Of a stretch of 51,528 nucleotides of DNA, positions 22,912-33,884 are shown piece by piece; position 1 is the stretch's first letter; each line of letters opens with the position of its first letter. This DNA is from Octopus bimaculoides (taxonomy: Eukaryota), in the NCBI RefSeq assembly GCF_001194135.2, contig NC_068990.1, positions 74,813,757 to 74,865,284 on the forward strand, read 5' to 3'. The position numbers and the translations under genes are program-made. The notes beneath the pieces were generated by a model. It searched no databases and was not told the DNA's origin. It saw only the letters and a list, made by a program, of their open reading frames with translations.

Positions 22912-24612
22912 CATTATATGAAAAACTCACAGCTTATTTTGCTCGCTATGATAGAAAGTGTCAGCTGTCCACAGCCAGCGGACTAAGGTGACACTTGTTT
23001 ACTGGTCATGCTTCAAGAACCCTGCGAAGAATTCTTGCAGTTCCAAGCAATACTGATTTTTGTAGGTGCTCTACCTTCACACTAGTACCAATATTTTTCA
23101 GCCATGTTGGTAGTTGAGTGCTGATACTTCCAAGTGCACCAATTACTTCTGGTATCACGTCTACTCTCTTCATTGACCACAACCTTCGCATTTCCCACTT
23201 CAAATCGTCATAGTTGTTTATTTTTCTTATTTTTTCACATTGATACTGTTGTCACTGGGGTATGCTATGTCGATTATCATACATGTTCTTCCTTTGTTTT
23301 TTACCACAACAATGTCCGGTTTCCGATGTCTGGTCGGGTGATCGCAATGGATCATTGCATCCCACAGGATTTTTGCAATTCTCATTTTCGGTGACTTCTG
23401 GGGTTTGCTGATACCACGTGTTTGCACTTTGTAGGTCGTGATTTCCACAGAGCTCCCAATGGATCATTCTTGCCACATTACCATGAAGTCTTTTGTATTC
23501 GCATTGTGCCAATTTCGGGCATTCGCTAACAATGTGTCATACCGTTTCACCCCTCTCACCACATATTCTGCATTTGTCGCTATCAGTAGTGTTGTCGATT
23601 CTGCACTTTATATAGTTGGTCCTTGGCGCTTATTCCTGAGATGCGCTTATGAGTGCTTCTGTCTCTATCTTCAGGTCATTCCTCCACATCCATAGCCACC
23701 GGTCCTCCGTATCTGTCTTTGCGTTCACATCTCTTGCAAACTGACCGTACATTTTCTTTTCCTTCCATGCATTTTTTTTATTCATTTCATGTTTAAATTT
23801 TTCTTTAGTTACGCAATTTTCAGAGTTGATAACACCGGCCTTCTTCGTGTGTTTCAACAGTGGCTCCACGGCATTTTTTTATGTACCATCCTAAGTTGTT
23901 TCCCTCTGCTTCGATACAGCCCTGGCAACTGATCAAACCTCTCCCACCCTTTCTTCTGGACAAGTACAGCCTATCGGTGTCACCCTTAGGGTGGAAATCT
24001 CCGTGTACAGCCAACATTTTTATGATCTTGGTATCCATTTTCTTCATTTCTCTCTTTTGCCATTTTATAATACCCGCTCCATACCGGAGTGATGCTATCG
24101 CCCATGTATTAACTGCTTGGATTTTATTCCATTCGGTCAATTTTGAGCGCAATAATCTCAGTCTTCGGAAATACTCCGTCCTCAGTTGCTCCGTCTTTTC
24201 CATCTCCAGGTATTTGTCACCTTCCGTTTTAATTTATTTAATCAAGTCTTTGTTCGGTAATTCTATCCCTCTTAGGGACTTACCTTGCCTCTTTTTAGGT
24301 AGATTATTCGAACTTCTTGAATCCAAATTCTATTCTAATATCAGTGCTTAAACAGTGGATCGTGTTGACCAAGGAACTCACTTGTGTTTCATCTTTGCCA
24401 TACAGTTTCAAATCATCCGTGAAGAGGAGGTAGCTGATTGTTTAGGATTTTTCCTTTAGTTGGTACCCCAGGCTCATTTTCCTAAGTACCAACGTCAGGG
24501 GTGTCATGAAGAGAACAAAAAGCAACGGAGATAAACTATCACCCTGGAAAATCCCTCTTTTGATACCCAGAGTGCCCAAGGTTTTTCCGTAAGATGTCAG
24601 TTCAGTTTTCAA
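22866..24612 (-). mobile_element. 5'-truncated R4/Dong-clade LINE (RT, Zn knuckle, restriction-like endonuclease), pseudogenized
   Basis: RT motifs GIFQGDSLSP (about 24526-24555) and LFTDDLKLY; DRLYLSRRKGGRGL; EYKRLHGNVARMIHWELC; RKPDIVV..IIDIAYP (PD..D); VIGALG..LQKSVLLGTARILRRVL*. Tail (CAA)n(TAA)n; 5' flank (TAA)4. Confidence 0.92.
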
Positions 24613-24626
24613 TATTATTATTATTA

Positions 24627-24855
24627 GTTAAAGGCGGCAAGGAAGCAGAGTCGTTAGCGCACTGGTCGAAATGCTTAGCGGTATTTCTCCTGCCGCTACA
24701 CTCTGAATTCAAATTTCGCTGAGGTCAACTTTACCTTTCATCCTTTCGGGGTCGATAAAATAAGTACCAGTTGAACAAAGGGGTCGATGTAATCGACTCA
24801 TCCCGTTCCTCAAAATTGTTGACCTTTTAGGAAAATATTAAACAATTATTATTAG
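24627..24855 (+). mobile_element. SINE family A, full length, starting in the (ATT)n tract that flanks the Dong LINE
   Basis: Head, core and tail motifs present. Confidence 0.88.
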
Positions 24856-25099
24856 TAGTGGTAGTTAAAAAAAAGAATACGATATGAAAAGAATTTTGTC
24901 TGTTTTTTTTTTTTTTCGGTTTTTGTCAAGTCCTTCACGCTGTTGTAAATATCTCTATTTGATGCTTGTTATCAACAAGTTCAGCTCGATGCTGTTGAGA
25001 TGAATGAAAAAACAAGTGTAAAAAAAAAGAAATTGTCTGTAACCAAACACAATTATCTATGACCAAACAAACCTTTTGTCACACTAATGACTTCATTAC

Positions 25100-25284
25100 T
25101 GTCACGACATCATCGTCATCATCCTAATCATCATCGTCGTCGTCGTCCTCATTAAAGACAACATCATCATCGTCGTCGTCGTCATCGTCATCAAAGACAT
25201 TATCATCATCATCATCAGCAGCAGCAGCAGCAGCAACAGCAGCATTATCATCATTGTCATCGTCGTCGTTATTAAAATCACCAC

Positions 25285-25326
<42 letters not shown>

Positions 25327-25330
25327 TGCC
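25100..25330. repeat. Compound (CAT)/(CGT)/(CAG) trinucleotide tract
   Basis: Direct inspection. Confidence 0.9.
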
Positions 25331-25599
25331 AACACAGCAACATTGTTGTTTTGTCATATGCTCCATCCCCCCACCCCCCGGTATCCACTACACGCTTCTA
25401 AATTTAAAGATACACTAAGAAATCTGATAATCATAATTTAGCATTGTTTTTTCTTTCTTTCTCTTCAGTCATTGTCTCTGAAGTAACAATGGCAGCCACG
25501 GCTCTGCGCTGAAAATCATACTATTGACGGTGCTATAGTTAGTTATAAGTCCTAAGTTCAAATCAGAGCAGAGCTAACTTTTATCTTACATTCAGCGAG

Positions 25600-25910
25600 T
25601 GACGTCATGGTATTGCTTCCGCACGCACCAATCCTATTCGCCAGATTTAGCTCCTGCAGACTTCCATCTCTTACCCAAGATGAAAATGCAGCTCAAAGGT
25701 CGTCGGTTTAACATCACGATCGAGATACAGAGCGACTCGCTTACGGAAAATGACTTCCAGGCTGGATTCCAAAAGTAGCAGGAACCGCTGAGACTGGTGT
25801 ATTGCTGTGCAAGGTGACTATTATGAAGGAGATGGTGTTAAAATTTAGGTAAATAAGTTTTTTTTTTTTTAAAACATTGCTCGTCCAGGGACCTTTTGAT
25901 ACCACCTCCT
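25600..25910 (+). mobile_element. Mariner 3' fragment with YSPDLAP motif and right TIR
   Basis: YSPDLAPADFHLLPKMKMQLKGRRF...GDYYEGD; ends gtccagggaccttttgataccacctc. Confidence 0.85.
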
Positions 25911-25959
25911 CTGTGTGTGTATGTGTATGTGCATGTGTGTGAGTAATGCATGCATACAG

Positions 25960-26324
25960 ATAAATTGCCTGAGCACCAATCTTGAGAAATTAGGCTTCTC
26001 AAAACCAGAAAGAAGAAATCTAATTAGAATATTACAGATTCAAGTCATCAATGGAACTGTCAAAGTTTCTAAAACTTTCTAGAAGTTTAGCATTTAAGTA
26101 TATATGCGTATGTCTAGACATGCAACTATATGCATGAGAATGCATACATAAAACAAACCATGCAAATCTGTACATGCGTTGACTCCTAATACTGCGCATA
26201 TACACAAACATGCACAAATACCCCGTTGATGTTCTTGAAATTCCAATAAGGGAGCGTGGGATCTAGATTGCACTATTGGCAAGAAATCTAGAAACAGAAC
26301 TGAATAATAACATACATACATACA
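25960..26324 (+). mobile_element. 3' end of an RLE-type (R4-like) LINE with a (CATA)n tail
   Basis: INCLSTNLEKLGFSKPERRNLIRILQIQVINGTVKVSKTF*KFSI* parallels the Dong C-terminal L..LG...LQ...L.GT..I pattern. The last about 100 bp recur at 30640-30762. Confidence 0.55.
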
Positions 26325-26390
26325 GGTGCAGGAGTGGCCGTGTGGTAAATCGCTTGCTTACCAGCTACATGGTTCCGGCTTCAGTGGTTA
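26325..26390 (+). mobile_element. SINE family B head fragment
   Basis: ggtgcaggagtggccgtgtggtaa..catggttccggcttcagt, directly after (CATA)3. Confidence 0.75.
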
Positions 26391-26574
26391 GAAGGCAACC
26401 TTCTAACCATACAGCTACACCTAATACGTAAAATATATATTAAGATGTTAGAAAATTTCCATACGTATGTATACACACGCACACACACACACATACATAT
26501 TTACATTATACATGCATATATACATGCACATATCATTACGTAGTTCAAACCATTATCTAACATAGAACACAATA

Positions 26575-26730
26575 CGCTGGATAGTTATTATAACCAAATG
26601 TATAGTATATAGAGCTAAAGACCAAATCAATAACAAACTTATATACAGAATATACATTGGGACAACAGAAACCGGCTTCAAAGCGCGAATTAAATTGATT
26701 TAAATATCCACAAAACAGACTATTGAAAGA
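26575..26730 (+). mobile_element. Penelope-like element GIY-YIG endonuclease fossil
   Basis: In-frame KCIVYRAKDQINNKLIYRIYIGTTETGFKAR: IVY at 26602-26610, IYIG at 26650-26661, followed by the conserved T.E..FK.R. Confidence 0.7.
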
Positions 26731-27411
26731 TTCTAGTTCGGTTCACACTGGTTGATTCTAGTAAGAGCAAACATTATGTATATGAATCTTACTGACATTC
26801 TTTAAATGCTTGTTGTGTTTAATTAGAGAAGTATTTCATCTTGTCTGAAGGCTAACTGACTTTAAACTGAAAATCTGAATTATTGAGCTGATGTTGGCAT
26901 GTTTCAAAAGTTCTGGTTTCAAGGCTTCTTTCATCGAATAGATGAGGCACATAGTTGCTTCTTCCAACCGCATACTGTTATTGTTAGGATTACTATCTGG
27001 AATATGTTGGATGCATTTTCGCTCTGTTTATTCGTCTCACAGTTGCATTTAATTTTTATATGATTCTTTACATAACTTTTAGAACATTTTATGGCTTATA
27101 TATGTATAAATATATATATATATATATATATATANNNNNNNNNNNNNNNNNNNNNNNNNNNNNNNNNNNNNNNNNNNNNNNNNNNNNNNNNNNNNNNNNN
27201 NNNNNNNNNNNNNNATGCATATATATGTATGTATATATACTGTACTGTTGCGTGATGGTACGATCAACAAAGATGTAGTCTATCTGGTGAGAGATAAATA
27301 TTTAATAAGCACAATATCTGCTGTTATTAGTTTCATGTGACAGTATTTTTAACACGTCTAGTGCCCTAGTACAATCTTCAATCACTGCTCACATCGCATA
27401 ACAAATTTTCA

Positions 27412-27556
27412 TCTACTAAATTCACTCACAAGGCTTTTGTTGGCCCGAAGCTTTAGTAGAAGACACTTTCCCGCCCCAGGGTGCAAAGCAGTGGAACAGA
27501 GTCCGAAACCATGTGGTTGGGAAGCAGATTTCTTACCACACCACCTTGCCTGAGCC
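27412..27556 (-). mobile_element. SINE family B left arm
   Basis: cactcacaaggctttt..tagtagaagacac..aaccatgtggttgggaagc..cttaccacac. Confidence 0.8.
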
Positions 27557-28313
27557 CATTTTCCTTTAAAAAAAAAACTTAAATGGAAATAAATCACTAA
27601 CATTGTTATTATAAATCCATTTCTCTCATTTATTTCTTTTCTATCTTTTAGTCAGATGGGAAGGCATTGCACATGAGCATTTGTAAGGCCACGAAGAGCA
27701 GTTATCCAAAGGCAGTTATTTTCAAACCGGAGACTTGGCTCGAATTCGAAACAGAGTAACCTCCTCTCAGGACACCCAAGGTGTCAGGTGAGGGTATTCT
27801 ATCACCAAAACGAAATCTACCACCCAAGACTCTATTTTCCAAAAATTTCGATTAACGTTTTTATTCGAATTATATTCTTTGCTTATTGGTTTTTACATCT
27901 AAATACCCAAGAGGTAGTTTTCGTTCACTAATTGTATAGATAATCTCAGTTAATCGAAGTTTTTTTTTATATTTTTTCTACATACTATATTTCATGTGAG
28001 ACCCTGTTGTATGATTGTAACTTAGTATTATTGGTGCAGATCGACAGTTGAGCGCTAGATTATATATTTTACGATAATTAAGTTTCGTGACTCACATTTC
28101 TCTTTTGAAATACCGTTGGGGTCGACTTTATTTTCTTCATCCCTCGAGCGTTTATAAAACAGTGTCAGTAATATTCTCTCTCTCTCTCTCTCTCCATATA
28201 CATACACACACACATATATGTGTATAATACATATGTAGTATATATTATATTTATATAGTGTAATGTATATAATATATATATGCGTATGATTCCTGTGTAT
28301 AAATATTTATACG

Positions 28314-28345
<32 letters not shown>

Positions 28346-28367
28346 CATACATNNNNNNNNNNNNNNN

Positions 28368-28401
<34 letters not shown>

Positions 28402-29086
28402 TATATATATGTGAGTGTGTGTGTGTATAAGTTCACGACATATGTGTAAACATATATATATACTTCTCTTTCTCTCCCTCTCTCTTTCTCTCTCTCTCCC
28501 TCCCCCCTCTCTCTCTCTCTTACAGAATTGGCCTTGTGCCTAATACAAGAATCAATATCATTAGCAATAAATAAGAAAGATGTAGACGAAAGTTTCCCTT
28601 CTGTCTTGGAATACAAGCTATATGACCCAAGATTGACCTGAGAATTTATTTACGTCTTACTGGAACGTCATTCTTTGGTTGAGACTAGAAGGGAATTTCT
28701 TTATAAGCTACTAATGCCACTGACATTTTCTTCCTTTCAAAGAAAACTCAACCGTTTTTAGAAATTTTCAAAGTCTTAATCTTTATAATAATCCTTACTC
28801 ACAGGATGGAACAGGTCAGAAAGTTAACTGAATCTCTCAGTATTCGAGAAAAGATATCATTTTTTTTTCTGTCTTTTAGTTAGGAGGGAAAGCAGAGCCC
28901 ATGACCTTTTACAAAGCCTCCAAGATTAGTGAGAGTAAGGGAGAGAAAGGGGGGAAATATCTTCAGACTGGAAACATGTCCCGAATGCTTGAAACAAGGT
29001 GAATTGCGCTAAAGATATCCAAAATGTTAAATGGTGGTGTTAAAGCGAGGAGTATGTTAAGTCGAACACCCAAGTAAGTAATCCAT

Positions 29087-29710
29087 GGAGGGATTTGAGC
29101 TCAGAGTGCAAAACGCGAGAATAACCACCACAAGGGATTCAGTCCGACGTGCTTTACAATTCTTTCAGTCACCCGCCTTGGATTGGTTGTTTCTTGTTTT
29201 TTTTTTATACCTGCCTCGACGTGATAAACAACAAAGTTGATACCGGTGGAAATTGAACTTAGAGTGCAGACAGTCGAGAAATATAGTTCGAAGTACTCTG
29301 TCCGACGCTCAAGTGACTGTTGATTTGCCGCCAATTGCAGGATTGTGTTTTGGATATTCAGTTTGTACTCTAATTTCGAATCCAACCGATAATGTCTTGT
29401 TTTTATTCTCTTCAAGAAGATAAAATATAAAGTTAAAGGCATCGATTCAGAAAGTTTCAAATTTATGTAGGGTGTATTGGTTGCAACGTTCGGGGTATCG
29501 GAATAAATGCCAAATACAATTCATTCCGGTTCCTTACATACTGCGTTCGAATTCCACCCAGCTTAATTTTGCATTTCATTCTTCCCGAGTAGATACACAA
29601 GGTAACAGCATGTGGCGGTGAAATGATAGAATCGTTTCAGAGTCAGATGCTATGCCTTGTGGTATTTCTGTAAGTTTTTTTTCCATTCTGAGTTCAAGTC
29701 TTGCTGTAGC
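29087..29710. mobile_element. Four degenerate SINE family A heads (two on minus, 29087-29335; two on plus, 29470-29710)
   Basis: Degenerate A/B boxes (gagctcaaatccc, aagttcaatttcc, gcgttcgaattcc, gagttcaagtc) with partial cores. Confidence 0.45.
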
Positions 29711-29964
29711 CTACATGGTTGAACCCCACCACATAACCCTTGGGCTTAGTTTTGGTTTCAGGGTGCCTCCTCCCTCCTATCAGTCTCGGGGCGGTAGGGC
29801 GGGTGGATAAGAAAGGTCCATGGCTGCTACCTTTCCTTATAATTAAGTGATTTAAAAAACAGCATTAATATACTTATTACAAAGAGCATTAATTTCTTAA
29901 TTGCGAAAAATACGTGGTGAAAGAAAAGCACCATTAGTTTTTGAATAATATTAAAGGCCCTCTA

Positions 29965-30151
29965 GGCGACGAGCGAAATGCTTAGCGGTATTGCATCAGT
30001 CTTTATGTTCTGAGTTCAAATTCCGCCGAGGTCGACTTTCCCTTTCATCCTTTCGAGATCGATAAATTAAATATCAGTTGCGTACTAGGATCGATCTAAT
30101 CGACTGGCTCCCTCCTCAAAAATTTCGAGCCTTGTGCCTAGAGTAGAAAAG
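29965..30151 (+). mobile_element. Young SINE family A copy with an 18-bp target-site duplication
   Basis: aatattaaaggccctcta at 29947-29964 and at 30152-30169. Confidence 0.92.
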
Positions 30152-30336
30152 AATATTAAAGGCCCTCTATTTGGCTATGTGCTGCTTAAAATGACATGAT
30201 GATCATGGGCGAATTCTTTTGATTATATGACTGTACAATAAGAATTGAGATAACAAGAGAAAAAATGACACCAATAGCCAAAGGTGCTATATTTGTAGGA
30301 AAGCCACAGCAAAACATGTTTGCAGCTAAAACTAGA

Positions 30337-30549
30337 TATTCTGAGACGTAATGCTTATCTCCACATCAATCTGACTGTTCCGTAGGAATCGACTTTATTA
30401 CCGTTTTAACCCTGCAAGTAGGAGAGCAAGGTGTAGATTGCATCGATAACCAGCTGGAGGAAGCTCTTCCCGGGGTTAAAAACAGTAATAACGTCGATTC
30501 CTACGAAACAGCTATGTTGATGTGGCAGTAAACATTACTTCTCAGTATA
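30337..30549. mobile_element. MITE or foldback element with about 75-bp imperfect TIRs and TA ends
   Basis: Arm 30337-30412 pairs with arm 30473-30549 (e.g. cgtaggaatcgac / gtcgattcctacg; ccacatcaa / ttgatgtgg). Confidence 0.8.
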
Positions 30550-30639
30550 GTAACTATACTTTCATCTCTTATAGAGATTTTCTAACTAGCTACATACATA
30601 CATACATACATACATACAATCATACATACATACATACAA

Positions 30640-30762
30640 AAATACCCTGTTGTTGATGTTGAAATTCCAATAAGGAGCCCTAGATCTAGGTTACAAACCG
30701 GTTCTTTCTCTATTGGTAAGAAATCTTGAAATAAACTGAAGAATGACATACATGCATACATA
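30640..30762 (+). mobile_element. Short 3'-terminal copy of the (CATA)n-tailed LINE, flanked by (TACA)n
   Basis: aataccc..gttgatgttgaaattccaataaggag..gatctag..ctattgg.aagaaatct.gaaa...actgaa..atgacatacat, matching 26217-26324. Confidence 0.7.
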
Positions 30763-30794
30763 TAGATTATAGAGGATGTTCCAAAAATATTCTT

Positions 30795-30995
30795 ATGACT
30801 AGCCGTTTTCAAACTGATGGATCTTCTAACCAGGCACTGTGACAATGCAAAGCAATAGAATCACAAACATCAAGATACATAGAAACAATTTTTTCTTTTC
30901 GGTATCTGTGCATATTCTCGTTCAATAGCTGCTCTCAGTTCGTCTACTGTTACTAGTGTTGTACTGTAAACTTTATTATTTAAGTATCTCCATAA
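30795..30995 (-). mobile_element. Tc1/mariner-superfamily transposase C-terminal fragment
   Basis: YFLWRYLNNKVYSTTLVTVDELRAAIEREYAQIP...YLDVCDSIA..C......HQFEN resembles the FFLWGYLKSKVY..G.QFE ending. Confidence 0.7.
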
Positions 30996-31029
30996 AAAGT
31001 AGTGGTGTGAGGCCCTAATGAACACGCTT

Positions 31030-31240
31030 GCGTTTTTGTATTTGTGTTTGTCTCCTCCACCAAGCATCATTTGATGACTGGTGGTGGTTTGTTTACCTCA
31101 CAATGACTTTGTGGTTCGCCGCAAGAGTCCGATAAAGCAAGTACCACCCATAAAAAGAAATAGTAAATATTGGAGTCGATTTGTTCGACTAAAGCCTTCA
31201 AGCATGGCTGCAGTCCAATAACCGAAACAAGTAAAAAAAA
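31030..31240 (+). mobile_element. SINE family B right arm
   Basis: tgtttgtctcc..ggagtcgatttgttcgactaaag..agcatggctgcagtc..gaaacaagtaaaa. Confidence 0.7.
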
Positions 31241-31282
31241 TGCTTTTGAAATGTAAGCACACCGTTTTAATATTTAACGCCG

Positions 31283-31775
31283 GCAGAATGCTGAGCAGCA
31301 TTTTCTTTGTATTTACGTTCCGAGATCAAATTCCGTGGAGGTCGTTTTTGTCTTTTATCATTTGGGGGTTGATCAAATAAGTATCAGTTGAATGCTTGCC
31401 CTCCTGATTTGCCCTCCCGCTGGAAATTGCTTTCCTTGTGCCAAAATTTGAAACCAATATTTGACTCCGGGCAAAAGGGTGAGCGGCATTTCGTCTGTAT
31501 TTACGTTCCGAGTTCAATTTCCGTTGCGGTCATCTTTACCTTTCATCCTACTGGGGTCGATAAAAGAAGTATTAATTGAACACTGGGATCAATGTAATCA
31601 GCCTAGCTCCCCACCCAGGTCTTAATGTAGAGAACCGTTCTGAGTTCAAATTTCGCCGAGGTCGACTTTGCCTTTCAGGGTTGATAAATTAAGTAACAGT
31701 GAAATATTAGGCTCGAAGTAATCGACTAGTCCCCTTTCCACAAATTTCAGGTCTTTTGCGTTTAGTCGAAAGGAT
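31283..31775 (+). mobile_element. Three tandem SINE family A copies ending in a (TTC)(ATT)(ATC) compound tract that runs to about 32075
   Basis: Three B boxes, each followed by the core, at about 31320, 31510 and 31640. Confidence 0.8.
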
Positions 31776-31794
31776 TCTTCTTCTTCTTCTTCTT

Positions 31795-31905
<111 letters not shown>

Positions 31906-31971
31906 GGTATTATTATTATTAGTAGTAGTAGTAGTATTACTATAATCATCATCATCATCATCATCATGTGA

Positions 31972-32009
31972 TGAAAACTCACAGCTTATTTTGCTGGGTA
32001 TGATGGAAA
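31972..32009 (-). mobile_element. 38-bp 3'-terminal remnant of the Dong family at 22866-24612
   Basis: tgaaaactcacagcttattttgctgggtatgatggaaa vs tgaaaaactcacagcttattttgctcgctatgatagaaa (22919-22957). Confidence 0.8.
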
Positions 32010-32056
<47 letters not shown>

Positions 32057-32309
32057 CATTATTATTATTATTAACGTTCGTTTTCTCAGCACATTGTTTC
32101 GTTAGATGAAATTTCGAAGTAACTGCTAATGTTTGAAGAATCAATATTTACTTCTCTTGACAGCATTAAGTCCTTTATTCTGTTAATGATTTACGTTTTT
32201 TTTTTTTTTTAGATAACTGAGATCCTGTTTATCAATAAATTAGAGCGCCTTTCGAGTTTCAGATCTTTATAAATATAAAGAGATTTAAAAGATGTTACAA
32301 CAACAACAA

Positions 32310-33480
32310 CAGCTTCACATTTCTATAAAAAACACACCTATGCCTTCAAATATAGTGTACGTGAAATGCCTGCAACAAAAAGCAGAAAGTTTTATTAATA
32401 GGATCAGAGAGAAAGTTTATTTCTTCGAAAAAATCTTACATGAAGATGAAACGAAAAATAAATTTGGTTTCAAAACTGTCAGATATCTACCTCCAAACAT
32501 CCTCTTACAACCGTTTGAAGAAAACTTATTCTAATTAAAAATATTAAGTTTAGAAAAAAAAAAAACATCAACTCCTTTGTGTAAATTTCGGGAATGAGAT
32601 CAAAAATGTTAAAAAGCAGCGATAATTATTTTGTCAACTCAGATAAAAGGCGGAATGTTTGGGAATTAAACAACCAAACCTACCATCGGTTCCTTTTATA
32701 TTAATTTACAAATGAGATGTTTAAAAAAATTTGGTAGTCTTAAATTATACCAATGCTAGCGTTAAAAAAAATACCACCGAATTAAGTAAAGAAAATAGGA
32801 CAGAAGTACATAACACAGAAGCCGTATTTTACATGTAATGATCATAAGTCTAATTTCACAAACCGTCTTTCAACCGGAAACATTAATCCTTCAAAATTTA
32901 TATAGGAACCATGAATAAAAATATATTAGATTCCATCTCCTTCAAAACAGCACGTCATATTTCATCTATGGAATAATACAAATTCAGTAATTCAGCAATT
33001 TAAAACAAACTTCGAAAAACAAAAACAGCGCTATTCTTTCCAATTTGATGAAAAACACTACAGACGATCACGGAGCATATCTTTACAATTGCAGACGATC
33101 ACGGAGCTTATCTTTACAATTGCAGACTGGTATAAAATACAATCCTAGACTGGTATAAAATATTAGAAATCATATGGAATATCTCTTTCATTCAATTCAA
33201 CATTGATAACTATTATTCTTCTGCTTCGTTTATCCTTCTGAACAAACCAATATTTACCTCCAAAATTACATATCTAAACAAAGAAGATCTAATATCATTA
33301 TAATTGCGAGGAAAAGTTTAATTAAATTCAATGACGGCCTCTGATTGCAGAAAGCAAGAAAAGAAAACTTCTATATACTGATGGATTCATTGGACATTAC
33401 TCAGTCTCTTGACTTACTCAAACTGCTACTTTTATATCAACTGAAGGACAAATTACTGGAACTTATACAGAGACGATGCT
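32310..33480 (+). mobile_element. Penelope-like element RT fossil (N-terminal region through YRDD), with deletions and frameshifts
   Basis: SIKNTPMPS..Y.K.L.QKAESFINRIR.KVYFF...KFGFK; KNIKFRK; SDKRRNVWEL; DHKSNF..INPSK.IG; FQFD; IIARKSLIKFN; LYRDD (TAC AGA GAC GAT at 33466-33477). Confidence 0.75.
33061..33162. repeat. Two linked tandem duplications (31 bp x2, then 16 bp x2) inside the PLE fossil
   Basis: cagacgatcacggagc(a/t)tatctttacaattg at 33061 and 33092; agactggtataaaata at 33124 and 33147. Confidence 0.9.
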
Positions 33481-33488
33481 ATGCTAAA

Positions 33489-33610
33489 TCTTACTATAAC
33501 TGGCCTTATGTCCGTCCGTCTGTCCGTGACCTTTTCACGGTCAAACGACTGGCCACACTTGCACAAAACTTCGCAATCTTTCTAAGAACGTCTTGAGAAT
33601 GGTTTATATC
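33489..33610 (+). mobile_element. Possible non-autonomous Helitron/Helentron-like 5' end
   Basis: A|TC start (atcttactat), (GTCC)n, then ttttcacggtcaaacgactgg..acaaaactt. This architecture recalls non-autonomous rolling-circle elements; no 3' hairpin or CTRR end was found. Confidence 0.35.
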
Positions 33611-33758
33611 ATGTTTAGATTTTTTTATTGGAAAGACTTACTACACTGCTTCGAATCGTACGAAACTAAGGAAGCCATTTCCGTAAAAGATTTCTTTTAT
33701 TTATTTATTTCCATTCTCTGTGTGTGACAGCAAATGGACATCGTTCGACAGGAAGTGT

Positions 33759-33851
33759 GTTGATGGGGTGTGTGACACAGAATGTGTGTAACAGAGACAG
33801 AAGACAGACAGACAGACAGACAGACAGAGAGAAAAATGGAGAAAGAGAGAT

Positions 33852-33884
<33 letters not shown>

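Noticed and set aside
25124-25366. 80-aa acidic ORF (MEHMTKQQCCCVGNDDD...AAVAAAAA)
   Set aside because: Entirely explained by the compound CAT/CGT/CAG tract.
26905-26945. Possible hammerhead on minus downstream of the GIY-YIG fragment (cgatgaaagaagccttgaaac)
   Set aside because: Core lacks CUGA, stem II is only 3 bp, and no stem I or III pairing was found.
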